From NCBI GenBank assembly GCA_025594325.1, contig JANHCV010000009.1:806001-870000 (forward strand): a stretch of DNA of 64,000 bases, given 5' to 3'. Each line of letters starts with the position of its first letter. The stretch's first letter is position 1. The notes beneath the pieces are model-generated. The model saw only the letters and a program-made list of their open reading frames with translations, did no database searches and was not told the DNA's origin. Origin of the DNA: Blastocladiella emersonii ATCC 22665. Taxonomy: Eukaryota > Fungi > Blastocladiomycota. Below are positions 12,797 through 23,718 of the stretch, one piece after another. The position numbers and the translations under genes are program-made.

Positions 12797-14899
12797 TGTG
12801 GTCGTCGTGGTCAGCGCAGGCAAGCGAAAGGCAACGGGCGCGTCGCTTTGGACAGCAGCCCTTGTTGCGGCAAGCCGAGTTTCCCAGGTGCTGTCATGTG
12901 AGTGGCGCCCCGCGTCGCGAGCAGCTCTCCCCATTGCCAGTACCTCCACCACTCACTCCGTTCGGGTGTCAACTGTGCGGGGCTTTGCCCAACTGCCCTC
13001 TCGCCCGCGATCACCTGGCACGACAGACGCGCGATTGACGCGTGATGCAAGGAACTGCACGATTTATGAAGTGGAACACACGGAACTCGCTTCAGGTGTA
13101 GTAGCGCTGACTGATATCGTGCTTCGGATCCGCGTTACATGGAGGGACACGAGAGAAAGGGTCGCAACGCGTCAGTATCGCGCGTTGGAGCTGTCCCGAC
13201 ACGCCTATTTCTCTCGCTTTTGCTCGCCTTCCTGCTGTTGAGCTGGATTAAGTCGACTACGGACGGGACGGAGCAAACTGAAGGTTGCCAACCGGGTCGC
13301 TTTTACTTCCTTCACTTAGCGCGCGCTTCCAGCGACTCAACTTCCCCGTGGTCTCCCGCAACGCGACGAGCTTTCATTTAAGAGACCAGCCGACAATGTG
13401 ACCGTGTGCATCGCATGCCACAACCTAGATTTAGACCTCGAGCAAGTTTGGTTTCTCAGAAACGGACCAAGAGCGCTCAGATGAAGCGGGCCTACTGTGG
13501 AACGGTTGCGCAAGGTCGACGCGCGATAGGGCGGACCATGGGATGACGTTCGTTGCGACGTGGGACGCGTCAGCGCGAATCAACATCGTGTGCATCATGA
13601 TGCACGCATGGGCGGAGCGCTTCGTCTCGTTCGTCCCCACCTGGCAAAACTTGCCCATGCAGCAATACGTGGAACCTCAAGAACGGGAGGACTGTCAAGC
13701 TCGTGCTGACGCACGCCTGTTGGTGAGAAGCTGGCATCAGCGGCCGCGACGGCCTGCTCAGCCAACTTTCGCTCGCCTTCAGCTGCGCGGTGGTCGACGT
13801 GCACAAATTGCGTGGGAAGCATATCAACGATGTCGAACGTCATGATGATTCGCAGCGCGCATCAAATAGAGCTCGCCGACAAGGTGTTCTAGCGAGCCAA
13901 TAGCGCGTTCCGCCACCGGCCAGGTTGCAGCGATCATGAACAAAACCGGTGAGCAGCACAGCCGATGGAGCCGCGCATGCTTGCGCTGGAACGAAATCAG
14001 CTGCGCGCTCTGCTCGGAACATAGCTCGCACCTCATACCGCCGAGAAGGAGATATCGAGTAGCTACTCGCCGCGAGGGTTCACGCGGCTTCGTCGCTCCG
14101 CGTCGCTCACCGCAAAGTCCCGCGGCAAGTAACCAGGACGAGACGCGACGCGACGCTAGGCCTGGCGGGGACAACGGCAGTGTAGTAATAGCGGCGACGG
14201 CTGCGGCGCAGGAAGAGAGAGTCCATCAACAGCAGGGGAAGGATAAGGACACAATGAGCAAGAATTTCGAGCTTGGGTCACCTCAGGAGACAAGGCACTG
14301 CAAGCTCAGGCGACGTGAAAGGGTCCAACGGCATGCTTCTCTGCTCGCGAGCTCGCCTAAGCAGCGCTCCTGCAGTAGCAAGAACAGAGTGCGAAAGCGA
14401 TGCCAACGGAGCACTCAAGTCACCGGTCGAGCCGAGAACACCACGCTGCCGGACGAGGGCCACTAAAAGCGCTGAAGGAGAGACGGGACCAGCCTGCCGT
14501 CGAGTTCATGATTTATGAGATTCATTGCATAGAGTTATTCAGCTTCATTGAATAAGGAGAGCATACGGGAGGGGAGCAGAGCGGAAGCGAGAGCCGAAGC
14601 GAAGTGGCGTAACGCGACACAGGAGTGATGTCATTGGGAGCGACGTGATCTGGTCGCGTGACGAAACGAGAGCTTCAAGGTCGCAGCGCCTATGGCTTGG
14701 GCAAAGCCCCGCATATCCGTGTGGTATCTACATAAATGTATATAGACCGTCTGTCGTCACCAGCGGGAGCTCAAGGAGGGGTAACAACGCGGCACAAATC
14801 CAAGCGCAGAACGTTTGGCGACGCGCGGCGCGACGCGTTTCCCATCACCGCGACGCGTCCTCGCCCCTCGCTTTCCGCCCACCATCGTCGCCGACTACC

Positions 14900-17292
14900 A
14901 TGCATCATATAGAAAATCCAATGCAGCGCCACGACTCGGCGCATTCCGTCCCCAATGCCAGCGACACCGCGTGCGCGCCGCCGTCTCTGGCCGACCTGCC
15001 GTTCGAAGTTCTCGGGCCGCTCGTCAAGCTCGCACGGCCGCGCCAGATTCTCTGCACTTCCTCGCGCGAAATCTACGACATCACGCTCGATACACACGTC
15101 AAGCGCGTCTGGGTGCACACGCGGCTGCGGGCCGCGGCTCGCCACCTCTTGATTTCTTGCGAGCCCTACACGGGACCGTGCTCGCCAGTTCCCAGCGTCG
15201 CTCTTCTGTGCGGCGTGCACGGCATCGATGGAATCAAGCAGCACCGCGGTCTTCTATACCCGCTTATCTCGGCTCACCTGCTCGACCGCATGCAACGCGA
15301 CTTACGCGCTTGTGCCCAGGATCCCGGCGAGCTCTCGCTTCGCGCGCGGTTCTTTGACTGGGAGCAGGCTAGTAGTGGTTCCAAGGACAGCCCGCCGCCG
15401 CCTCGCCGCAGGCCCGGCCTCACCAAAATCATGGACATTGACGTGTGTCTGCGCTCGCCCGTGTACTCGCAGATCCACCTCCTCGTCACCGCTTTCTTCG
15501 ACATTAACTGTTCGAACGTCGCCGCGGTCATCTTGGAGGAAACCCATCGACGTGCGCCGGCACTCCTGCTGCTCGAGTGCAACAACTGGCTCGTCCGCCA
15601 CCCGCCGCCCGACGGCTGGCCCATGGGAACGCGTGTCCGCTTCCCCCAGCCCATCTCGCTCTTCGACTACCTCGGCTTCATTTCGCTGTTCAACTGGAGC
15701 TCGCGCGCCTTCGCCCTGCTCCGAAAGCCCCAGTTTCGAATCTACTTCGCTCCCACGGCACTCAATCCTGACCCTGCACGGTGGATGCTCCCGCGTGCGG
15801 CAAGCGGCGCGGGACCCGGTCACCTCGCTTCTCACTTCTTTGAGTCGACCACCAACGTCGTTCACGCTCGTCTGCGCGATGGATTTGACTGGCTCGTTGC
15901 GTGCGCCCCAAACTCCGTCTTGAACTTGATCGACATGGATCTCGCATTCCGCGTTGTTCTCCAGTGCCAAACGCGTGTCGACTTTCTGGTGCGGTACCCC
16001 GAATTCATCCTCGGCCGTTCAAACCACCGTGCTCGCTTGGTACTGCTCATCGACTACTTTTTTCACACCAAGGAGCGCGACCCCCGTGTCATCCAACTGC
16101 TCGAAAGCGACGGACGACTCAGCCCCAGGATTTGGGAAGAATGCCTTTTCCTTGGTTTTGAATGTCAACGGAACCACAACTTGATCTTGCAGTCGTCTGA
16201 GTTTGCTCGTCTCGGACCTCCCCCGCAGGACATGCTTGTCCAATGTACGTCAAAGCGATCAGGTTACCTCAATGAATCGTTGACGGATCCGCAATTCTAG
16301 GCTTTCGGCGCATAATGGCGAAACCATGTGGTCCTCACGTTGCAGCGCGCAACATCCTCGCTTGCGTGACCGAGCAGTATCCCGGCCTTGTTGAGCGCCT
16401 TGCTGCAACTGTTGGCCCAGAGCATCTCGTCACTAACATGTCGTCGAGTCTCATCAATTGCCGGATCGCCCCTCTTTTCCACAAAGTCGGCACCGCTTCC
16501 GCTGCTCACGTATGGGGCATGTTCCGCTTCGGCACCGCGCTCCAGCGCCGGCTCGGCACCATCACGCCGACCGAGCACTTTGTGGTCCCATCGTGGCTCC
16601 CCGTCATTGTGCTCCAGAACGCGGCCACGCGCGACGCCGCGCTCGAGCTGATCAGCAATTCATGCACCGCCGCCGTGTACTTGTCCGCCATTGTGACGGC
16701 GCAGTGCAAGCTTGGCTGCCTCCCGGGCTGCATCGATGCTCCGCCCAACACCAACATCTGCGGCGCGTGCTACATCACCTTGCAGCCGGCCTGGTTCGCG
16801 ACGATCCAGGACCTGCTCTCACTCCTTGATGCGCCTGTGCGCCAGATGCACCCGACCGCGCGGCGCGCCCTCGGCCTGTTCCTGACCTGGTCGTTCCACC
16901 CGGCGCGCACATGGCTCAACCCGCACGCGACGTGCACCGCGACGCACCCGCGGGTCGAGTTTTCGACTCGCAAGCTCGTTCGTCTTCTCGCGAGCATCGA
17001 TGCCGCTGCTCTCCTCAACGCGGTCCCTGCGACCCGGTGGGTCCAGGATGGTTTTTGGTACGAGGTGCCCGACGACGCGCTTGACGGCGCCCGCGACGCG
17101 GCGTGGTTTGCGCGAATGGCTGCGCCGATGATCGCCAAGGGCGCGGATGAGGAACTCGCCCAACTGACGCGTACCGCGCCGCGCACAACAGCTTCGTCCG
17201 AGTACGCCAAGGAGGCGGCGCGGCTTGCGTTTGATATGCGCAAGAAGGGGACCAAGTACTGGGCGTGCGCTACCGGCCGGTACCAGTGCTGA
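14900..17292 (+). CDS. F-box-like family protein, copy 4 (778 aa, intact; intron 16245-16300); closest paralog of copy 2
   Basis: MHHIENPMQRHDSAHS..SLADLPFEVLGPLVKLARPRQILC. Phase-1 intron GTACGT..CTAG in frame. C-terminal FWYEVPDDALDGARDAAW. 5' and 3' flanks resemble those of copy 2. Confidence 0.78.
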
Positions 17293-18495
17293 TGATGAAA
17301 GAGAGGAGACTATTGCACACTCGAATACAAAGCACTCACTTTGCGCGCGCGCGTTTTTGCCGCAAGGCTCAGTGTTAAAAGTGTCTCACGGTCACATGAT
17401 ATCCAAACGCGTCTCTCGACGCGTCGTTGATGCGCTGCAACGGCTCGAGAAGCGGAGCGAGATACAAATGTCTGTCGGTGATCGCCTCAAGGTTTATGTG
17501 CGAATACCGCCAAGCAAGAGTTGCTCAACCATAATCCATGTGACATACGGGATTCGAGCAGCTGAAAAAACTAGTGCATGTTAAAACAAATGATTCGAAT
17601 GGAAAATCAAACAAACCAACTTCCTGACTTTCAGCAGTTGTGGTGGATCGCGACCATCGCGTCCGCGTACTCACGGGAAGCAACCGTCTTAGGTGCGGCG
17701 CGGCGAAATTCGTCAACAATTGGACGAGCCATCGCGCGGTCCTGCGTCGCGACGTCAACCGCGCGCGCGATCCACTGCGCGTCCTTGACGCCATCAAGCG
17801 CTCCAGAGGGTGCGGCTCGCCAGAAGGAAACGGGAATCGGACATGTTCCCAACCGTGATCGTCAAGGAGATCCAGGCTGTGCAAGGTGGCGAGGTTTTCC
17901 AAGTCGAGGTCAATCGCTTGAGTGCATAGCGCGTTTGCAACAAAGTCGCGCTCCGTCTCGCCGATTCCGTGTGCCAGCCGCTGCGGCTCGAGTTGCGCCA
18001 ACTGGCAAAGCAGAGGAGGCTTGTCCAGGAGGTAAGTAATGAGATGCCTGCCGTCAAAGTGAACGCGGTTGCCAGTCCACGGCTCGTGCAGAAGCCACTG
18101 GAGCATCGTTGCCATGCTATCGGTGAGTTGATTGGTGAGCTCCACCTCGCGAATACTGCTGAGGAGTGCAGCTGAGAGATCTTGATTGGCAAATGTTTGG
18201 GCAAGCCAACGAGTGCTGAGCGCAGAGCAAAGAAGACCGCTCAATACGGAGACAATTGGGCAGTTCCAGAGAAACACCGCGTACCGTATTCCGCAACTTA
18301 CAAGAGAAACCACGCAGAACCGTAGGTGATGGATAAGCCACTTCACGTGATATTCGTAGACTAATAAAACCAAAACAAACGACCCGGTCTGAACCCCGCC
18401 TCTTCACGTCACGCCCGACCGGCAACTGATTTGGTCCACAGCGACGCTGTCGCCCTGTAACTCCACGCAATCTGCTCTACACACACTACTCTTTC

Positions 18496-19629
18496 ATGGA
18501 CGATGCAGCAGTCCTGGGCCAGGCGTTCCTCGGCCTCCAGCAGGAAGTCGATGTACTCCGCCAGCAGCTCGGGCAGCAGCAACAGCAGCAGCAACGACAG
18601 CAGCAGCAACATGAACAACAACAAGCAGAAGCTGATCCTGATGCGTCCTCCCCACTGGCGCCCTTGCACCGCGCGGACCCTCCACGCGGCAGGGCTCTCG
18701 CCAGCTGGTACGAGCGCGCCCGCGGCGGTCATGCCCCCACGCAGCCGCTTCTGGACTCCTTCATCGACAACCGCGCGGGTGGCCGCCTCCAGAACCACGG
18801 ATTCGGCCAGCAGTACCCCGCGCCTGATCATCCTCTCTTCAACTCGCTGTCCGAGATCGACGTCTTCGCCCGCGTCGGCTTCGAGGGCGCTTCCGGTACC
18901 GGCTGGACCCATGCTGTGGTCGAGAAGCGCCTGCGCGACTACCAGTCCGAGCTCAACCTCGGTGCTCGCGTCGCGCTACAGCAGCTGCACTACGCTCAAG
19001 AGCTTCTACGCCGCGTCGATCCAGACGGCTTCCGCCGCTGCTACGGCGACGCCGCCGGTGACGCGCTCGGTCCGGACGACCTCGCCGGCTTCGTCTACCC
19101 GCCCGAGCCCATGTTCGACGCCGACGGCCAGCCCGTCCTTGACGGGGCAGGCCAGCAGCTCATCGAGACGTACCCGCATCCCCCTCGTCTCGTCGCGACC
19201 CTCTGGGCCATGCACGATGCAGCGCGCGACCAGCTCGCGCACAACCGGCACCATTTCGGCCTTCTCGAAGCTGCGCGTCGCGACAACGTGGCCGCTGGCG
19301 CCCGCTTCCCGGCGGCGGTCGCCGAGTTCGTCCGCTCGGTCCCCAGCGACGGTGACCAGTTCCTCTTTGGTCCCAATGTCGAGCGCACCGTCGACGCCGC
19401 TCGCACTGTCCAGTCTACCGACGCTATCATCAAGCTCGCCAACAGGGCGGGAAACGCTTCGGGCGGCGACGTCAGTGGTCGTGGCGGCGCCGCATCTTCC
19501 CGAGGCGCCCCAGCCGCGCAGGGGCGCGGCCGGGGTCGCGGTGGCTTCCGCGGCCACCAGCAGCAGTACCAGCAACCTCAACAGCAGCAGCCTCAACAGC
19601 AGCCGCAGTCCAACCCGAAGCTCAACTAG
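18496..19629 (+). CDS. DIRS gag-like ORF1
   Basis: First ORF inside the left ITR, Gln-rich at both ends with an RGG-rich tail; overlaps the start of the RT frame, as is typical of DIRS. Confidence 0.65.
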   Translation: MDDAAVLGQAFLGLQQEVDVLRQQLGQQQQQQQRQQQQHEQQQAEADPDASSPLAPLHRADPPRGRALASWYERARGGHAPTQPLLDSFIDNRAGGRLQNHGFGQQYPAPDHPLFNSLSEIDVFARVGFEGASGTGWTHAVVEKRLRDYQSELNLGARVALQQLHYAQELLRRVDPDGFRRCYGDAAGDALGPDDLAGFVYPPEPMFDADGQPVLDGAGQQLIETYPHPPRLVATLWAMHDAARDQLAHNRHHFGLLEAARRDNVAAGARFPAAVAEFVRSVPSDGDQFLFGPNVERTVDAARTVQSTDAIIKLANRAGNASGGDVSGRGGAASSRGAPAAQGRGRGRGGFRGHQQQYQQPQQQQPQQQPQSNPKLN

Positions 19630-19718
19630 CGGCCGTTGCGACGGTCGCGCCGGCGGCCAGCTCCGAGGACGAGATCTTCCTGTCGACGCTCGCCAAGGGC
19701 ACGCGCTTCCCGTTCGAG

Positions 19719-21170
19719 GTGGTTGACACGTCCATGAGGGCGGACCAGTGGGCCTCGAGGACGACCAACGTCGAAGCGCGCAAGATGGCGACCGAGGGCG
19801 TCCGCCTGTCGTTCATGACGCCGCCGCCGGACCGTTCGGCGGCGCCGATGCGCGAGTTCCGCCACTCGGACGAGGACCTGGCCAAGATCACGCTGCAGAT
19901 CGACGAGCTCATCGCGACGGGGGCGGTGGAGCCGTGCCCGCGTCCGCGGTACCTGTCGTCGCCGTTCCTCGTCCGCCAGCCCGACAAGGACCGGCTCTGC
20001 TTCGACATGTCGGAGCTGTCCGAGCACCTGACGCGCGACTCGTTCAAGATGGAGTCGCTCGCGGTGGCGACGCCGATGCTGTCCAGGGGCTGCTACCTGG
20101 CCAAGCTCGACCTCAAGTCGGCGTACCACAGTGTGCCGGTGCACCCCGCGCACTGCGACTTCCTGGCCTTCAACTGGGCCGGTCGGACGTGGCGCTGGCG
20201 CGTCCTCCCGTTTGGTCTCGGGTCGGCGCCGCGCCTGTTCACCATGGTGATCCAGGGCGCGCTCCAGCCGTTGCGCGCGGCGGGGCACAAGTTCGTCCAG
20301 TACATCGACGACATTCTGGTGATCGGCGAGACGCCCGAGCAGGTGCGCGCGACTCTCGCCGCTCTCGCTCGCCAGCTGCTGGCTCTGGGCTACACCCTGA
20401 ACCTGACCAAGTCGTACCTCGTCCCCGCCCGCGTCCAGACGTTCCTCGGGTTCAAGATCAACACGACCAACATGACGCCGTCGCTCCCCAAGGAGAAGGT
20501 CCGCAAGATCGAGCGCGAGTGCTGCTCGCTGCTTGCGGCGGGTCGGTGCTCGGCGCGCCGGCTGGCAGCGGTCCTCGGCATGCTCAACTCGACGGCGCAG
20601 GGGTTCCGGCCGGCGCTGATCCAGCAGTGGTGGCTCCAGCGCTGCCTGTCATTTGGCCTCGCGCGCACGTTGTCGTGGGCGGCGACGATTCCGATCTCGC
20701 CGAGCGCCCGCGAGGAGCTGACGTGGTGGGTGACCAACGTTCGTCGCTGGAACGGTCGTTCGTTCATCCTGCCAACCGCGGCCATCGAGTTCACGACCAC
20801 GACGGACGCCAGCCAGACGGGCTGGGGGATCGTTTTCTCGGACGGCACAACGCAGGGGTCGTGGTCGCCGTGGGAGGCGGCGCAGTCGAGCAACTACCGC
20901 AAGCTCAAGACGATCCTGTTCGCCGTCAAGATCAAGTGCCGCGAGTGGTTGGGTTGGGCGGTGCGGCTCCGGTCCGACAACACGACGGCGATCGCCATGG
21001 TCAACAAGCAGGGCGGCACGGCGTCGCCCAAGCTGCTGGCGCTGGCCAAGGAGCTGTGGTCGCTCCTGCTCGAGTACAACATCCACCTGACGGCGTCGTT
21101 CATCAAGGGCGTCGAGAACGTGGCGGCGGACCGTGCGAGCCGGGTCCTCATTGATCGGCACCAGTACTAG
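19719..21170 (+). CDS. DIRS reverse transcriptase + RNase H
   Basis: KLDLKSAYHSV, LPFGLGSAPRLFT, YIDD; RNase H TDASQTGWG, SDNTTA..NKQGG, NVAADRASR. The second catalytic Glu position reads K (NYRKL). Confidence 0.93.
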   Translation: MVDTSMRADQWASRTTNVEARKMATEGVRLSFMTPPPDRSAAPMREFRHSDEDLAKITLQIDELIATGAVEPCPRPRYLSSPFLVRQPDKDRLCFDMSELSEHLTRDSFKMESLAVATPMLSRGCYLAKLDLKSAYHSVPVHPAHCDFLAFNWAGRTWRWRVLPFGLGSAPRLFTMVIQGALQPLRAAGHKFVQYIDDILVIGETPEQVRATLAALARQLLALGYTLNLTKSYLVPARVQTFLGFKINTTNMTPSLPKEKVRKIERECCSLLAAGRCSARRLAAVLGMLNSTAQGFRPALIQQWWLQRCLSFGLARTLSWAATIPISPSAREELTWWVTNVRRWNGRSFILPTAAIEFTTTTDASQTGWGIVFSDGTTQGSWSPWEAAQSSNYRKLKTILFAVKIKCREWLGWAVRLRSDNTTAIAMVNKQGGTASPKLLALAKELWSLLLEYNIHLTASFIKGVENVAADRASRVLIDRHQY

Positions 21171-21608
21171 CTGACGTCGGCGGCGTTCAAGCGCGCCATG
21201 GCGGCGCTGCGCGCGAGCCCGACGGTCGATCTGTTCGCCGACCGAGTCAACACGCAGCTCCCGGCCTACTACTCGCTGCAGCCGGATCCGCAAGCACTGG
21301 GCACCGACGCGTTCAAGTTCCAGTGGCTGAGGACGGGCGCGTACGCGTTTCCGCCGCCGAACCAGATCGCGCGGGTCGCCCAACGGGTGCGATCGGCGCG
21401 GATTCGCGATCTGATCCTCGTCACGCCGGCGTGGCGGTCGCAGCCGTGGTACCCGGCGCTGCTCCCGCTTGCGACGGCCAAGCCGCTGCACCTGCCTTCC
21501 AGCGCGGTGCTGCGGGAGTCGCCGACTACGCACCGTGTCCATCCATCGGCATCGGGTGTCTTCGTCTGGCGGCTACGACACGACGCGTGGCGCGACTCGA
21601 GCAGCTGA
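21171..21608 (+). CDS. DIRS N6-adenine methyltransferase-like (MT) domain, in frame with RT but after a TAG
   Basis: VDLFADRVN..YYS..ALGTDAF..W..AYAFPP..ILVTPAWRSQPWYP, the typical DIRS MT pattern; TAG at 21168-21170. Confidence 0.85.
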   Translation: MTSAAFKRAMAALRASPTVDLFADRVNTQLPAYYSLQPDPQALGTDAFKFQWLRTGAYAFPPPNQIARVAQRVRSARIRDLILVTPAWRSQPWYPALLPLATAKPLHLPSSAVLRESPTTHRVHPSASGVFVWRLRHDAWRDSSS

Positions 21609-21801
21609 GCTCGCCCAAAACGCGTCCCTCCTCGGCCCGCCGCGTGCTCCAGCTCCTCGCACTCGCGGTGCACCTGTTCCTCGTCCTCTGCCGCCCGTCC
21701 CGCACCATGGTCAAGATCGCGCTCCGCGGCCAAGTGGGACCGCCGCCGCGCGCCGCGTCCGCGGCGCCCGCGTGCTTGGGGTCGTGGCTACGGCACGAAA
21801 A

Positions 21802-21891
21802 ATCCATCACCTACGGTTCTGCGTGGTTTCTTGAGGCACCACCGCTAGAGCCACCGAAGGTGGCGTGTGGTGATGAAGGAAACCACGCAGA
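21802..21891. repeat. DIRS internal complementary region (ICR)
   Basis: Reverse complement of [right-ITR tail + right extension + first 29 nt of the left ITR]. Confidence 0.9.
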
Positions 21892-22282
21892 CCGGGCCCA
21901 CCCACGCGGCCGCAGCCGCGTCTCCTCTCCCTTTGTTTCTCTCATCCGGTCGGGCGTGCCGCTCGAGGCGGGGTTCAGACCGGGTCGTTTGTTTTGGTTT
22001 TATTAGTCTACGAATATCACGTGAAGTGGCTTATCCATCACCTACGGTTCTGCGTGGTTTCCTTCATCACCACACGCCACCTTCAGTGGCTCTAGCGGTG
22101 GTGCCTCAAGAAACGCGTCCGAACAAGGGTCACCCCACAGCGGATAAGCAATGTGGGATTTTGATCGGGTGAGTCGCCGGCGGGCACACGTGGGCCAGCG
22201 AGCACGCGCGAGCGCGCCACCTCTCGCCGTCCGCCGTCCCATTTTGTCTCTCCTCCCCTTCTTCCTCGAATAAACCTTCTCC

Positions 22283-22876
22283 ATGTTAGAAGCCAATGCA
22301 TTTCCTTCGAAGAGCCTGTCTCGGGGCCTCCAGCGACCGCTTGCGGCGACGCCCCTCGCCTATAAAGTGCCTGAGCCCCCGCGCCCACAACCCGCGGCAC
22401 CACTGCCTCGCCCAAGCCCTGAACCCGCACAACTATACACCATGTTCAACGTCCGCGGCGGCTACGACTACGACTCGCACCCCGCCGACCGCTTCCTGCG
22501 CTCCCCGACGGACTGGGACGGCGGCACGAGTCATCATCCCCCGCCCCAGCACCTTGACCGCGTCGCCGTCGATGTCGCTTCCTCCTATCGCCACCACCCG
22601 CCAAACCCTCCATACCCACCGCACTGGTCGCATCCACCCCAACACCGTCACCCGCCACCACAACGGCACGCGCAATCGTGGCCGGCCACGCCAGCGAACG
22701 CGTTCGTGCCCGCCGCCCCTGCCACCGCTCCCCGTCGTTCTTGGCGCTTGCACGACGGCACCGTTTCTGCCTCGGCCACGCCGGCGGCGCCGCTGCCTCA
22801 GCAACCCGGCTATGGCTACGACGGCGCGGCCACGCCGCTGCCGCACCATCACGGCGTCCGCCGCAGTGCGCGCTAG
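22283..22876 (+). CDS. Pro/His-rich hypothetical ORF inside the TIR element
   Basis: 197-aa ORF reading inward from the left TIR; no recognisable domain. Confidence 0.3.
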   Translation: MLEANAFPSKSLSRGLQRPLAATPLAYKVPEPPRPQPAAPLPRPSPEPAQLYTMFNVRGGYDYDSHPADRFLRSPTDWDGGTSHHPPPQHLDRVAVDVASSYRHHPPNPPYPPHWSHPPQHRHPPPQRHAQSWPATPANAFVPAAPATAPRRSWRLHDGTVSASATPAAPLPQQPGYGYDGAATPLPHHHGVRRSAR

Positions 22877-23718
22877 CACCCCGGCCTTGCGCGCACACAT
22901 CCCCTCATTGGCCTCCTGCACATCACCACCAGCACCTCGCCCTGGCCTCGTCGACCAACGCCCCGCCGCCTTCGCCATCGCCCCTCCACCTCCACTCTCC
23001 GCTGTCGCTGCAATACCCCGAACACGCTGCTGGCTCACACCAGCTGAGTCGGGCAAGTCCTCCTCCATGGAGAGCTCGAACGTAACGGGGTCGCCAATTC
23101 GCACAGCGCGGCCGCATGGGTCGTGCCTCGCGCACGAGTTGCCGTAGCGGCGGAGGAGCCACACGACGGTGAACAGGCCGCGGTTGGCGTGGTCGACAAA
23201 GTCGTGGTTCACCCGCATGATAGCAGAGTGCTGCGCGGGCGGGAGGTTGGGAAGCACGACGGGCGGTTCGGGCGCAGCGGGCGGGGGCGAGGGCGGAGGC
23301 GATGGCTGCGCGCGCCTCTTGCGCCTGGCCTTCGCCTTCTTGCCCGTGGCCGCGTCCCGATCTGCGCCTTTTTCGCTGCGGCTACGGGTCGCTGGCGCGG
23401 CGGCGGCACCCTCGGAAGGCGGGGAAGATGCGGCGGCGGCCGCGGCCGCAGAGGCAGCGGAAGCAGCAGCGGCGGCGCGGTTCGCAGCGATCCGCTTCGA
23501 GTGGCGGTGCTCGCTGGTGCCAGGCGGCGCGTGCGCTGCTGCGCGGGCGGGCGGGCCTCAGCGCCTGGTGCGGGCTTCACGTCATCAGGGTGCCCGCACG
23601 AGTGGCACGGGTCGGCGTGCTCCTTGCACAGGTCCTTGCGGCAGCGCTGACACTTCTCGTGGAAGTTGTTCGGGCAGTCGATAATGTCACACGAGAAGTC
23701 TATACCGTGATCAGCCAT
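22870..23718 (-). pseudogene. Cys/His zinc-finger-like ORF inside the TIR element, frameshifted
   Basis: MADHGIDFSCDIIDCPNNFHEKCQRCRKDLCKEHADPCHSCGH, then a frameshift near 23530 into an Ala-rich/basic linker and YGNSCARHDPCGRAVRIGDPVTF. The 3' end is approximate. Confidence 0.45.

Larger units (their letters stand above)
18306..22114 (+). mobile_element. DIRS-type (tyrosine-recombinase class) retrotransposon with ITRs, right extension and ICR, but no recognisable YR ORF
   Basis: 97-bp ITRs at 18306-18402 and 21965-22061; right extension 22062-22114; ICR 21802-21891 equals the reverse complement of the right-end/left-end junction (1 mismatch). AGAAAC occurs at both borders. gag, RT/RNase H and MT ORFs are present. 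Confidence 0.92.

Noticed and set aside
13380-14000. Degraded pogo/Tc2 DDE transposase (DEAGLLWN resembles DETGLFW)
   Set aside because: Only one short motif is convincing; the frame is broken and no TIRs were found. A translated HMM search (DDE_1) would decide.
19748-21154. Overlapping 468-aa ORF as the missing DIRS tyrosine recombinase
   Set aside because: No R..H-x-x-R..Y pattern; the Gly/Ala/Arg/Pro-rich composition is that of a shadow frame of a GC3-rich gene.
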